A stretch of 64,000 nt of DNA from an uncultured Leptospiraceae bacterium (GTDB taxonomy: Bacteria > Spirochaetota > UBA4802 > UB4802): NCBI GenBank assembly GCA_964486725.1, contig CAZAOK010000004.1, forward strand, positions 6,014 to 70,013. Direction: 5' to 3'. Positions 29,615-38,842 of this stretch are shown piece by piece; position 1 is the first letter of the stretch, and each line of letters starts with the position of its first letter. Under the pieces are notes generated by a model that saw nothing but the letters and a program-made list of their open reading frames with translations, did no database searches and was not told the origin of the DNA. The translations under genes were made by a program, and so were the position numbers.

Positions 29615-29813
29615 CCATGCCTCCATTATGATCATGTACACTGGTAAACAGTCTACATACCACCCTCCAGATGTCAGTAACATTTTTTCATTTGCCAGTG
29701 AACATAGCGACTTCGCGGTGATCCTGAAGAGTAATCGGTGCTGATAAAATAATACTTGCAACAGGGCAATATATATATGCATCATAATGAAAAATTAATT
29801 ACAAGGAGTGGGC

Positions 29814-30317
29814 ATGAGTTTGAAAAGAATTGATGCTGCTGACATTACTGATAATCCATTCTCCCTTATCGGTGAGGACTGGATGCTGATAACCTCCGGT
29901 ACGTTAGATTCTCATAACATGATGACAGCGTCATGGGGAGGACTGGGGATACTCTGGCATAAACCGGTAAGCTTTATATTTATCCGGCCCCAGCGGCATA
30001 CTTTTAACTTCGTGGAAAGTAACGACGTGTATACCCTGAATTTTTTTAACGAGAAGCACCGGGAGGTGCTGAAATATTGCGGAAGCCGTTCAGGACGGGA
30101 TGTAAATAAAACCAGGGAAACCGGCCTGACCCCCATGGAGTCAGAAAACGGCTGTGTGTATTTCGAAGAATCCCGGCTGGTGATAGAATGCCGAACCATA
30201 TACTACCAGGACATAGATCCCGCGCATTTCCTGTCACCGGATATTGAGAAATTATATAATAATGACTATCACAGGATGTACGTTGGTGAAGTGATACAGT
30301 GCCTTTCAACGGGGTAA
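29814..30317 (+). CDS. Flavin reductase-like domain protein (FMN-binding split barrel)
   Basis: About 167 aa with LITSGTLDSHNMMTASWGGLG and FIFIRPQRHTFNFVESND, typical of flavin reductase-like proteins. ATG 29814 is preceded by an AAGGAG RBS. Confidence 0.65.
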   Translation: MSLKRIDAADITDNPFSLIGEDWMLITSGTLDSHNMMTASWGGLGILWHKPVSFIFIRPQRHTFNFVESNDVYTLNFFNEKHREVLKYCGSRSGRDVNKTRETGLTPMESENGCVYFEESRLVIECRTIYYQDIDPAHFLSPDIEKLYNNDYHRMYVGEVIQCLSTG

Positions 30318-30406
30318 TACTATGAGTCAACTTCTTCACCGGGGTGGTGTGCCGGCAACAGCCAGAATGCATGGAGATGGAAATGGCCACTGAACCCCGC
30401 AAGTAC

Positions 30407-30853
30407 ATGCTCCTGGGGATAGGAAGCCGTTTAAACAGGGACGACAGCGCCGGAAGCATTATTGCCGAAGAGTTCAGAAGCCCTCAATGGGTGGTGGTGG
30501 ACGGGGGGCAGATGCCCGAGAACTATACCGGTGTGGTAAAGAGAGAGGCTCCCGATGTGCTTGTAATCATCGATGCCGCGGGAATGAAACTGGAACCCGG
30601 GGAATTCAGGAGAATTTCACTGGATACCCTTGCAAGATCCCATCTTTTTAACACCCATGCCGCGCCGCCCGCCCTGTTTATCTCTTACCTGCAGTCATTC
30701 GTAAACGAAATATACTTTATCGGAATACAGCCACAGGATACCAGTCCAGGTGAAAGCCTCAGTGAGGCAGTCAGGGAGGGAATAGAAAATATCAAGAAAA
30801 TTCTGCAGGCTGGAAAAATCCGCTCAATACCCGAACTTAAATCCCTTCCGTGA
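30407..30853 (+). CDS. Hydrogenase maturation protease (HycI/HyaD family)
   Basis: MLLGIGSRLNRDDSAGSIIAEEF..DGG..DVLVIIDAAGMKLEPGEF matches the conserved LGIGN..DD.G and D..VDA pattern of Ni-Fe hydrogenase C-terminal endopeptidases. The start is uncertain, between 30344 and 30407. Confidence 0.6.
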   Translation: MLLGIGSRLNRDDSAGSIIAEEFRSPQWVVVDGGQMPENYTGVVKREAPDVLVIIDAAGMKLEPGEFRRISLDTLARSHLFNTHAAPPALFISYLQSFVNEIYFIGIQPQDTSPGESLSEAVREGIENIKKILQAGKIRSIPELKSLP

Positions 30854-30874
30854 TCCAATTGTTCCTGTGGCGGG

Positions 30875-33088
30875 TTATTTCTCATCCCGCATTTGAGGGA
30901 AGAACACCTCAACCATATCGGCATGGGATGAGGCGGTAAAAAGCTTTTCCCGGTTTTCTTCGTTCATTATGAATTTAGAAATCTCAGAGAGCGTGTTTAT
31001 GTGCTCGTTGGGCTTGTTACGAGGACTTAACACCATAAAAACCAGGTGAACCTCATCGTTGTTTATCTTCGAAATAACCCTGCGGGTTGTTTTCGCTACC
31101 ATGACGATGGATTCGTCCAGCTTCTCTGAGTAGCCATGGGGCAGGGCGATGTTAAAACCGATAAGACTGGAATACTCGTTCTCAATATCCATCATGTGCT
31201 TGTGAATGCTGGCAGTCTCCAGGTCGGGATAATCATTTCTCAATATATTCAGAAGTTCTTCAATTACATCGGACATTGAGCGGGCCGATGTAATTGTAAT
31301 CCATTCAGGTTTAATGTGCAGGTCAACGCTGACGGTAAAAGGCTGATAAATAAGAAATATGCATGGACCTTTGGCATCTTCCGGGAGAAATGGATGTATA
31401 CTGTCATCTATTCTGCTCATCAAGACCCTCTCTGGATGATTGATAGACTCGGCATTACCTTGTCCCTGCATAAAAGAGATATCCCTGTTTTCCACACTCA
31501 TCTTTATTACTCTACCAAGTGGCAGGCTTGTCCAGACAGGGGTTCCCGATAATACTGTTTCAGAGGTTTGTTCATCCTCTGGAAGAGACAACTGTCGCCA
31601 CTGGTAAAGGTTGGGGTTTCTTAACTTTTTACTCCAACGCTGACATATGAGTTCGTTCAGTTCTTCGTTTTCAGTTATTGCAAGCACATTCCCAATTCCA
31701 AAAAGTTCGGGTGTATTGTCGGGGTTAACTGTTATGGCATTATCCGAAATGGCAACAAATCCGTTTCTGCGGGCAACAGCTGCCAATCTTATGTTTGTGT
31801 CTATCAAGGTGACTGGCCGTCCCTGGTCCTGTATAAAGTTTGCCACGATGCGTCCCAGCTTATGCGCTCCAACGATTAGCCAGCCTGTTGGCTCAGGCTC
31901 GTGAACCTTTAAAAGCCTGGCTACCCATTTTGCTGAGAATCCCTGTAGAATAACTGTACCGCTAATTACGGCGTAGGTAAATGCTTCTAAAAACTCAGCC
32001 TGTTGTGAGTAATTACCGTTTGAAGATGCTTTCAGATTTAATGCGAACAGTGAAGCCATAGAGGCCGCAACGATACCCCGTGGCGCAATCCAGCTCAGGA
32101 AGAGTTTATCCCTGAAGGTAAAGTTTTTGCTGCCCAGTGTGCTGATAAAAATATTCAGGGGACGAACAACAATCATGACCAGGATAACGGCAACCAGGAT
32201 TTTTATCAGGTATTCTCCCCTGTATGTTTCGATGGCCAGGTTGGCGGCAAGCAATACGAAAAGCAGCCCGATGAGCAGTTCAATGAGCTGGGCCTTGTAA
32301 ACCTTTATCCTGTCAATTTGCGGAGTATCAGAGGTCCCGATAACAAAACCTGCAATAACCACACTCAGAAGACCACTTTCTAGTACCAGCATATCAGAAA
32401 GGGTGTATATGCCAAGGGCGGCGGCCAACACGAAAATATTCAGATTTTCTTCGGGTATCCAGTTTTTTCTTATAATACGGGCAATAATTAATCCACAGAC
32501 AACCCCGATGGCAATCCCTGAAGAGAACCGTGACAAAAATAGCAGAATAGCATCATGACCGATAATCCACTCATAACACAGCAGAGCAATAAAGACGCCG
32601 ATAGGATCGATAAGAACCCCTTCCCAGTGAAGAAAATTGTTTAATTTCTGATGCACCCCAACTCTCTTCAGAAGTGGACCGATAACAGTGGGCCCAGTTA
32701 CAATAACCAGGCTGCCAGCTAAAATGGATAGGGCCCAGGGGTATCCCATAACGTACTTAACAACAACCGCGGTGCAAAGCCAGGTTATTACCACCCCCCT
32801 TGTCAGTACAGCTCGTATTTCCGATGAAACCTGGCGGTAGCCTTTCAGGTCAAGTGTTAAGCCCCCCTCGAAAAGTATGAGGGCAACCGATATCTGTATT
32901 ATGGCTTCAAGGCCTTCACCAAGAAGTGCAGGATCTATTATGTTAAGCCGGTAGGCACCGGGTCCAACCGCTATACCACCAATCAAGAGAATTACGATTG
33001 GTGAAATTTTCATTCTTTTGGCGATAGTAACAAACAGAATTCCAAAAAACAGGGCAAGGCCAAATGTTGTAATAAGCTGATGTGTCAT
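30875..33088 (-). CDS. CPA1 Na+/H+ antiporter fused to RCK (TrkA-N) and PTS EIIA(Ntr)-type regulatory domains
   Basis: 737 aa with about 12 TM segments (NhaP-like). It also has a Rossmann RCK segment (LIVGAHKLGRIVANFI..GRPVTLID) and a C-terminal EIIA type 2 domain with an ALPHG phosphorylation-loop motif. Confidence 0.8.
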   Translation of the reverse strand: MTHQLITTFGLALFFGILFVTIAKRMKISPIVILLIGGIAVGPGAYRLNIIDPALLGEGLEAIIQISVALILFEGGLTLDLKGYRQVSSEIRAVLTRGVVITWLCTAVVVKYVMGYPWALSILAGSLVIVTGPTVIGPLLKRVGVHQKLNNFLHWEGVLIDPIGVFIALLCYEWIIGHDAILLFLSRFSSGIAIGVVCGLIIARIIRKNWIPEENLNIFVLAAALGIYTLSDMLVLESGLLSVVIAGFVIGTSDTPQIDRIKVYKAQLIELLIGLLFVLLAANLAIETYRGEYLIKILVAVILVMIVVRPLNIFISTLGSKNFTFRDKLFLSWIAPRGIVAASMASLFALNLKASSNGNYSQQAEFLEAFTYAVISGTVILQGFSAKWVARLLKVHEPEPTGWLIVGAHKLGRIVANFIQDQGRPVTLIDTNIRLAAVARRNGFVAISDNAITVNPDNTPELFGIGNVLAITENEELNELICQRWSKKLRNPNLYQWRQLSLPEDEQTSETVLSGTPVWTSLPLGRVIKMSVENRDISFMQGQGNAESINHPERVLMSRIDDSIHPFLPEDAKGPCIFLIYQPFTVSVDLHIKPEWITITSARSMSDVIEELLNILRNDYPDLETASIHKHMMDIENEYSSLIGFNIALPHGYSEKLDESIVMVAKTTRRVISKINNDEVHLVFMVLSPRNKPNEHINTLSEISKFIMNEENREKLFTASSHADMVEVFFPQMRDEK

Positions 33089-33182
33089 AGAATAACCCGT
33101 GAAATTTTTTTAACTCGAGTTCATTATATCTTATTCAATTTGAATTGTGTCAATATTTATACTTTTAAGTTACAAGAAAAGT

Positions 33183-33334
33183 AGTAACTACTCACCTATG
33201 ACTAAAATATTGATTATATACTTCATAATGAAAAGGAATTTGAGCATCTTCCCCCGCCTTCGGCGGGGGAAGATGCAGGATTATTATTCATTTTGCATAA
33301 TTTGTAATTATTCAGCATGACAGTTGAGTAGTTA
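33183..33334. repeat. Structured intergenic repeat (MITE/REP-like), copy c (inverted orientation)
   Basis: gtaactactcacctatgactaaaatattgat, then hairpin gcatcttcccccgccttcggcgggggaagatgc (33243-33275), then cattttgcataatttgtaattattcagcatgacagttgagtagttac. It is close to the reverse complement of copy d. Confidence 0.6.
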
Positions 33335-33419
33335 CGAAAAGTATTGGAATGAATAAAAAAATAGAAACATTGTAAATTGGTATTGTTGTTGACGAAAGGT
33401 GGTAAATATGAATGAATAA

Positions 33420-35024
33420 ATGGGCGTATTAATAATTACGTGCGTGGGCGGTGTCATGTTATTTGAAAAACTTAAACACTTCTTTCTTTCATCATATGAA
33501 GATAGTACATTTGTACATTATCAAAAAGCAAAAGTTATGATGTGGTTTGAGATAGTATTAATCTTTCTTACTTCGTTATCGGTTATCAGCACGAATCTTT
33601 TCTCTCCACACGTGGCTACCCTGCAGTACAACCTGAGTATGAGCATTGTTATAGGATCCTTTGTTGTGTGTATCTTCATCCTGAAAACCGGCTGGTATAA
33701 AACAACCGCCTACGTTGCCATACTGTTCCCCCTTGTTCTTATTCTGTACCTGGCGTTACTGGTTCCCACCCAGGCAGGAAAATATATATACATGTTGTAT
33801 TTACTTGTGTTCATTGTTATGGCCGCCCTCTTTGGTACCAGGATAACGGTATGGATTATAACGGGTATTGTTATTGCATGCGGAACCACTGTTGTGCTGA
33901 ATTCTCATGGAATAATAGCAGATAATGTCATGGTAACCACCATTACTCATTTTGCTATCATATCATTTATGATTTGTATTCTCAGTTACCTAATCGTGAA
34001 TATAATGATGCAGGCAATAGCCAGCATGGAGAGAAAACAGGAATTTTTAAACAGGGAGCATAATAAGAAAAAGGATGTAATACGGGAAATTGACAAGGTA
34101 GCGCAATCATTGAGCCAGTACTCACGAACGATGACAGAAAGCTCAAGAAAATTCGCCGATAATGCCCAGTCGCAGGCTTCCAGCATTGAAGAAATTACAT
34201 CCACCCTTGAGGAAGTAGCCGCAAGCGCTGAATCGTCTGTACAAATGACTGACGCGCAAAAGAGCAGAACGGAGAATCTCATGGAAGATCTTCAGCAGAT
34301 GCATCAACTTGTTTCAGACAGCAGTAATAATATCGAAAATGCCCAGGTGCAGCAGGAAGGTTTAAATGCCAGAATAGGGGTAGCCCGGGACGAAGTTTCA
34401 AAAAGCCTCGAATCCATGAAATTTGCACTTGATAGCAGTAAAAAGGTGTCTGAGGCTACTAACCTTATCATTGACGTGTCAGATCAGATTAATCTTTTAT
34501 CACTTAACGCGTCAATTGAAGCAGCCAGGGCGGGCGAATCCGGCAAAGGCTTTGCGGTAGTTGCCGAAGAGATTGGCAAGCTTGCTGAAAAAACCCAGAC
34601 AATAACAAAAGAAATTACTTCACTGGTCGATAGAACCGATCATGAATTGTATGAGACTGGAAGATCCATGGAAAACGTAAGTGATACTGCGGTACATATT
34701 GAGAAACTTTCTGTTGATTTCGGACACTTGTTTGTGAAGGTAAAGGAGTTGATTGAACGCGACCTTGGTATAAATAGCGAGTTACAAAAAAGCGCAGAAA
34801 ATGTCCTAAGTGGGGCTGACGAGGTGAAGGTGTCAATCAACGAGTTGAAGAATGCAATTGATGAAATTACCAGTTCAGTGTCTATTATCAATGATTCCAC
34901 TCAGCAGCTGGCATCAGGGTCTGATGAATTATCTGAATTTGCTGTCTCCCTGCTGGATACAACAAACACTTTGGGAAAGATTCTTACAGATGATGATTAT
35001 AATAATGATAAAGGGACATTTTAA
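33420..35024 (+). CDS. Methyl-accepting chemotaxis protein with multi-TM N-terminal domain
   Basis: 534 aa with about 6 N-terminal TM helices and a C-terminal MCP signalling domain ([33 protein letters not shown]). The exact start is uncertain. Confidence 0.8.
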   Translation: MGVLIITCVGGVMLFEKLKHFFLSSYEDSTFVHYQKAKVMMWFEIVLIFLTSLSVISTNLFSPHVATLQYNLSMSIVIGSFVVCIFILKTGWYKTTAYVAILFPLVLILYLALLVPTQAGKYIYMLYLLVFIVMAALFGTRITVWIITGIVIACGTTVVLNSHGIIADNVMVTTITHFAIISFMICILSYLIVNIMMQAIASMERKQEFLNREHNKKKDVIREIDKVAQSLSQYSRTMTESSRKFADNAQSQASSIEEITSTLEEVAASAESSVQMTDAQKSRTENLMEDLQQMHQLVSDSSNNIENAQVQQEGLNARIGVARDEVSKSLESMKFALDSSKKVSEATNLIIDVSDQINLLSLNASIEAARAGESGKGFAVVAEEIGKLAEKTQTITKEITSLVDRTDHELYETGRSMENVSDTAVHIEKLSVDFGHLFVKVKELIERDLGINSELQKSAENVLSGADEVKVSINELKNAIDEITSSVSIINDSTQQLASGSDELSEFAVSLLDTTNTLGKILTDDDYNNDKGTF

Positions 35025-35260
35025 CCATAAAAAATGATTGAATGAATAAAGCAGCTATAATATGTTACCGTTAGACCTTTTATATGGTTTCAGATTACAA
35101 TTTTTATATAAATGTGTTTCCTGAATATATATACATGATTTAGTAAAAAAAGTGTTCAGATTTATAAATCAGGTCGAATATATTCTTTTAATACGCAATA
35201 ATATAGAAATAAAAAAAGTATGACCGGTTGGATAATTAATCTCAGTTCAGGATTGTTTCT

Positions 35261-35728
35261 ATGAAAAATTATAATGACATCATAATCCAGTTTATGAAAA
35301 GTAAAGCAGACAGGATGGAAAAAGAGCTTTCCATACCGGGAACCTGGTATTTTAACGAGGGTGACCGTAAGGATATTTTAAGCTGGAATAACGAAGAAGC
35401 CCTACGGGTGTGGAAACGAATTAAGGAAAATATTCAAAAGCACGGTTGTTCAGGGCTCAGGTACGAGCTTTGCCCCTTCTGTCACAAAAATGGTTACGAA
35501 CATAAGGGATGTTACAAAGCATTAAAGAATCCCATTTGTGTGAAATGCGGTTATGGTAGCCGCCATGGACTCTGTATCAGTGACGAAGAAGGTGAAAGTG
35601 AATACAGAAAAATTCTTCAAGCATTTGATGATACCAGAATGAGCATGTATAAGTTTTTTTCAAATGATTATTATAAACATCTTGTTAAAAAACTTGAATT
35701 AAGTTTGAACGAAAACGTATGTGCGTAA
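35261..35728 (+). CDS. Hypothetical Cys-rich protein (putative zinc-binding)
   Basis: 155 aa containing CSGLRYELCPFCHKNGYEHKGCYKALKNPICVKCGYGSRHGLC. No known family is recognised. Confidence 0.4.
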   Translation: MKNYNDIIIQFMKSKADRMEKELSIPGTWYFNEGDRKDILSWNNEEALRVWKRIKENIQKHGCSGLRYELCPFCHKNGYEHKGCYKALKNPICVKCGYGSRHGLCISDEEGESEYRKILQAFDDTRMSMYKFFSNDYYKHLVKKLELSLNENVCA

Positions 35729-35732
35729 ATAC

Positions 35733-35775
35733 ACGTATTTGGGATACACTAAGTAATATCCCAAATACGTGCCAT
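35733..35775. terminator. Perfect 15-bp palindrome (hairpin) immediately after the stop codon
   Basis: cacgtatttgggata-cactaagtaa-tatcccaaatacgtg starts 5 nt after the 35261..35728 stop. No strong T-tract follows, so it may be a bidirectional terminator or an operator. Confidence 0.4.
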
Positions 35776-36089
35776 ATTCTAACACCTTTCTTACTCATAA
35801 CTCATGAAATTTCTCAAGCTGAACAGGTGTTTACCCAACTCCTTGTTGTTGCTTACAAACTCCTGATATATATGTTCGTGGTTTCTGAAGTAATTGCAAT
35901 CAGCATTCAGGCAAAATGTTTGTATTTCATATTTCCTTTTCATGGTACCCTCCTTTACAAGAATAATACAAATGATCATTTGATCAAAATGCTTTATAGA
36001 TACAGTATATAGTGAAATTGTTGAAAAGTCAACAAAGGGTCACTTATAATACATATACGGGTGATAGTTGAAGTCAGGGTTAAATAATA

Positions 36090-36680
36090 TTATCCCTTGA
36101 AAAGGGATATGATGTATTTCATAACATTCAATGTGTCCATTGGAACTGGGTCAATAGATTCAAACAGGCCTGTGGAAAGAACAATCATTTGGGCAATTCT
36201 CGCGGTAAATTCAGCGTCAAAGTCTGATTTTCTTCTATTGGGGATGTCAGATCGGGCATCATCAATAATATTTTGATATAACTCCAGGTGTTGTCTTATA
36301 AACTGGCGCAGACGAATCATTATTTTTTCTTCTTCGTACGCGTACATAACGAGGTTTATAAAGATACGTATAGTGCTTGTGTCAAGAATAAACCTTTCAA
36401 TACCATACATTGCTGAAATGCTTGCTTTCTCTTTTGATTCAAGATTCCCTTTTAATACCTGCAGGTGATCATATTGGATGTCGTTAAATATGTATTCCAT
36501 AAGCTCAAGGTACATCTCTTCTTTTGTTGGAAAATAATGTAGAAGTCCACCTTTGGAGAAACCCGCTTCATCTGCAACATCCTGTACAGTGATTCGCGAG
36601 TAGACATCCTGTTGCAAACATTGTTTAAGTGCATCCAGGATTATAATCTTTTTCTTTCTGATCTTTTCCTGTTTATCCAT
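36090..36680 (-). CDS. TetR/AcrR family transcriptional regulator
   Basis: The N-terminal HTH ITVQDVADEAGFSKGGLLHYFPTKEEMY is the TetR signature, followed by a helical ligand-binding domain. Confidence 0.85.
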   Translation of the reverse strand: MDKQEKIRKKKIIILDALKQCLQQDVYSRITVQDVADEAGFSKGGLLHYFPTKEEMYLELMEYIFNDIQYDHLQVLKGNLESKEKASISAMYGIERFILDTSTIRIFINLVMYAYEEEKIMIRLRQFIRQHLELYQNIIDDARSDIPNRRKSDFDAEFTARIAQMIVLSTGLFESIDPVPMDTLNVMKYIISLFKG

Positions 36681-36971
36681 TTTGAACCTTTTATATTTAT
36701 AATATTACATACGGATAATAGGGGAGTTCAAAGTATTACCATTTCAGGTTTGCAGGGTAAATAAAGGGTGTTGGTAATACGTTTAGTAATCCGCAAAAAT
36801 TGTTATATTTTTAAATATAACTCCCAACGCAGTTGGTCAAGCTTTTTTCATTTTAAACACGAAGGATTTCAGGGTATAAATTAAGTGTAAAGAACTGGAA
36901 CCTCGAAACCGAAAAACTATATATAAATGTATATATTCGTTCAATTTACTTGTTTCCATGGAATAGCAGGT

Positions 36972-38792
36972 TTGAGAACAATAAAAAGAACAGCAGTAAC
37001 TATTCTGATATTTTTAGCTTGTGTGGCGGTATTACCCTTATCACATGCTCAATTCCTGCTGGATAATGGTGATGGCCCCGTTATCCAGCCCAAAAATGAA
37101 AAAAAATCGAAGGGACTTCCGTCCCATGTAGTGCGTAATATAGTGGCATCGTCTGTGCCAGATGTTGAAGGTGCCATAAAAATTTCATGGGATATCCACC
37201 CTGATTCAAGCAATACCTTTATAGTGGGGAGAACTGCAATACTGCCCACCACTAAGGAAAAAGCTTTATCCGCAACATCAATAAAAGTTATTCCACCCGG
37301 TGCGGAGCCAGTAGTCATAGATTCAAATTTACCTCCCGGTCAGTATTACTATGTGGTTCTTGCCAGGGAGAAGATTCAATCTGGCGATATTGAGCTTTAC
37401 CCCGACGTAAACTATACTGGTGAACCGGTGGTTATAGCAAGTAATTATGGGGAGAAACAGGTTCAGGGTTATCCTGAACAGGTTACCCTTATACATGCCA
37501 GGTTGATAAATAAAACACAGGTTCTTCTTACATGGAAAGGTTTAAACAGGGATAATATCAAATATAATATTTACAGGGATACAAAACCACTTAATACTCC
37601 GCAAAGTATTAAAAACGCGAAGAAAATTGCAAGTATTCAGGGTTCCAGGGAAAGCTATATCGACAGGGATCTTGAGGGTACAGGCAATTATTATTACGCA
37701 ATAACGACAAGTGATATGACCGGCAATGAGGATTTACAGCTCATCCCGGATCAGAGTTACCTGACAACAGGTGTACAAGTAATTGTCAAGAGTGATGTGA
37801 CAGTTAAGAACATAGAATCCCGCATGCAGGATAACGGCACGGTACAGGTTACCTGGGACAGGGCAGGGGTGAACGCACAGGAGCTTCTCCTGTACAGGTA
37901 TGAAGAACCCATTCGAAACGCTGAAAGGCTGGCTCTTTCAGATTCACTGGGCACTGTTGATGCGAAATATAATGAATATTTAGACAAAAATCCTCCCCCC
38001 GGCCAGCATTATTATGCAGTCCTGACCAAGTTAGCTGATGGATCAATTGATACAACCCTTCACAGTGGACAGAATTATACCACTACCCCGGTAAAACTGG
38101 GAGAACCCATTGAGATTACACGAATAAATGCTTCACAAGAGAAGAATGGTGTTTCAATAACCTGGCGGTACAGGGGTTCTTCCCGAAGCAAGTATTACAA
38201 ACTGTATCGCACAAACAAGATACCATCTTCGCCAGTGGAAATAAAAGATACCTACCTGGTGGATATTGTTAACGTAACAGAAGAGTCTTATCTCGATACA
38301 GGTATTAGGCCGGGAGAGTATTATTATGTGATAGTCCCCGAAGATTTTGAGAGTGATCCCGATTTAACACTGGTTAAAGATGTGAACATTACAGCAAAGC
38401 CTGTTACTATTGAAAAGACTGTAAAGAAAGTTGAGCAAAAGAAAAAGAAGAAAACACGGGAAAAAGTGATACCTGAAGAAAAAGAACCGGAGCGTATTAC
38501 TCCTCTTCCCGGAAAAGAGTTCCAAGCGGTTACCAGGGATTTAGACAATATTATTCATTCAACCTTTGATAAGGGGTACTACAGGACCGCGATAAAATCA
38601 TTACAGAAGGTTATTGATGTATCCGATAATGACTATGAAGCAGCAAAGGCTAAATTATTTACCGGTCGATCATATATTGAATTAAAACAATACAGGAAAG
38701 GGATTGATTACCTTATGCAGAAAGATGTTTTAAAACATTTTCCAGAAGATGCCCTGTTCTGGAGGGACTATGCCATTCAGAGAGTTCGGTAA
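36972..38792 (+). CDS. Secreted protein with repeated FN3-like beta-sandwich modules
   Basis: Has a signal peptide (RTIKRTAVTILIFLACVAVLPLSHA) with a probable TTG start at 36972. At least four ~90-aa repeats share W..(G/L)...YN(I/L)YR..P and QYYYV/NYYYA/HYYAV motifs, and the C-terminus is TPR-like. Confidence 0.5.
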   Translation: MRTIKRTAVTILIFLACVAVLPLSHAQFLLDNGDGPVIQPKNEKKSKGLPSHVVRNIVASSVPDVEGAIKISWDIHPDSSNTFIVGRTAILPTTKEKALSATSIKVIPPGAEPVVIDSNLPPGQYYYVVLAREKIQSGDIELYPDVNYTGEPVVIASNYGEKQVQGYPEQVTLIHARLINKTQVLLTWKGLNRDNIKYNIYRDTKPLNTPQSIKNAKKIASIQGSRESYIDRDLEGTGNYYYAITTSDMTGNEDLQLIPDQSYLTTGVQVIVKSDVTVKNIESRMQDNGTVQVTWDRAGVNAQELLLYRYEEPIRNAERLALSDSLGTVDAKYNEYLDKNPPPGQHYYAVLTKLADGSIDTTLHSGQNYTTTPVKLGEPIEITRINASQEKNGVSITWRYRGSSRSKYYKLYRTNKIPSSPVEIKDTYLVDIVNVTEESYLDTGIRPGEYYYVIVPEDFESDPDLTLVKDVNITAKPVTIEKTVKKVEQKKKKKTREKVIPEEKEPERITPLPGKEFQAVTRDLDNIIHSTFDKGYYRTAIKSLQKVIDVSDNDYEAAKAKLFTGRSYIELKQYRKGIDYLMQKDVLKHFPEDALFWRDYAIQRVR

Positions 38793-38842
38793 AATTATAT
38801 CGTGGAACACTGTTATCACACAAATGATTGAGGAGCTTATTA

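Noticed and set aside
33088-33420. Possible assembly chimera junction at the GC shift
   Set aside because: The same repeat family and comparable RBS usage occur on both sides, consistent with one genome. It is kept only as a low-interest compositional note.
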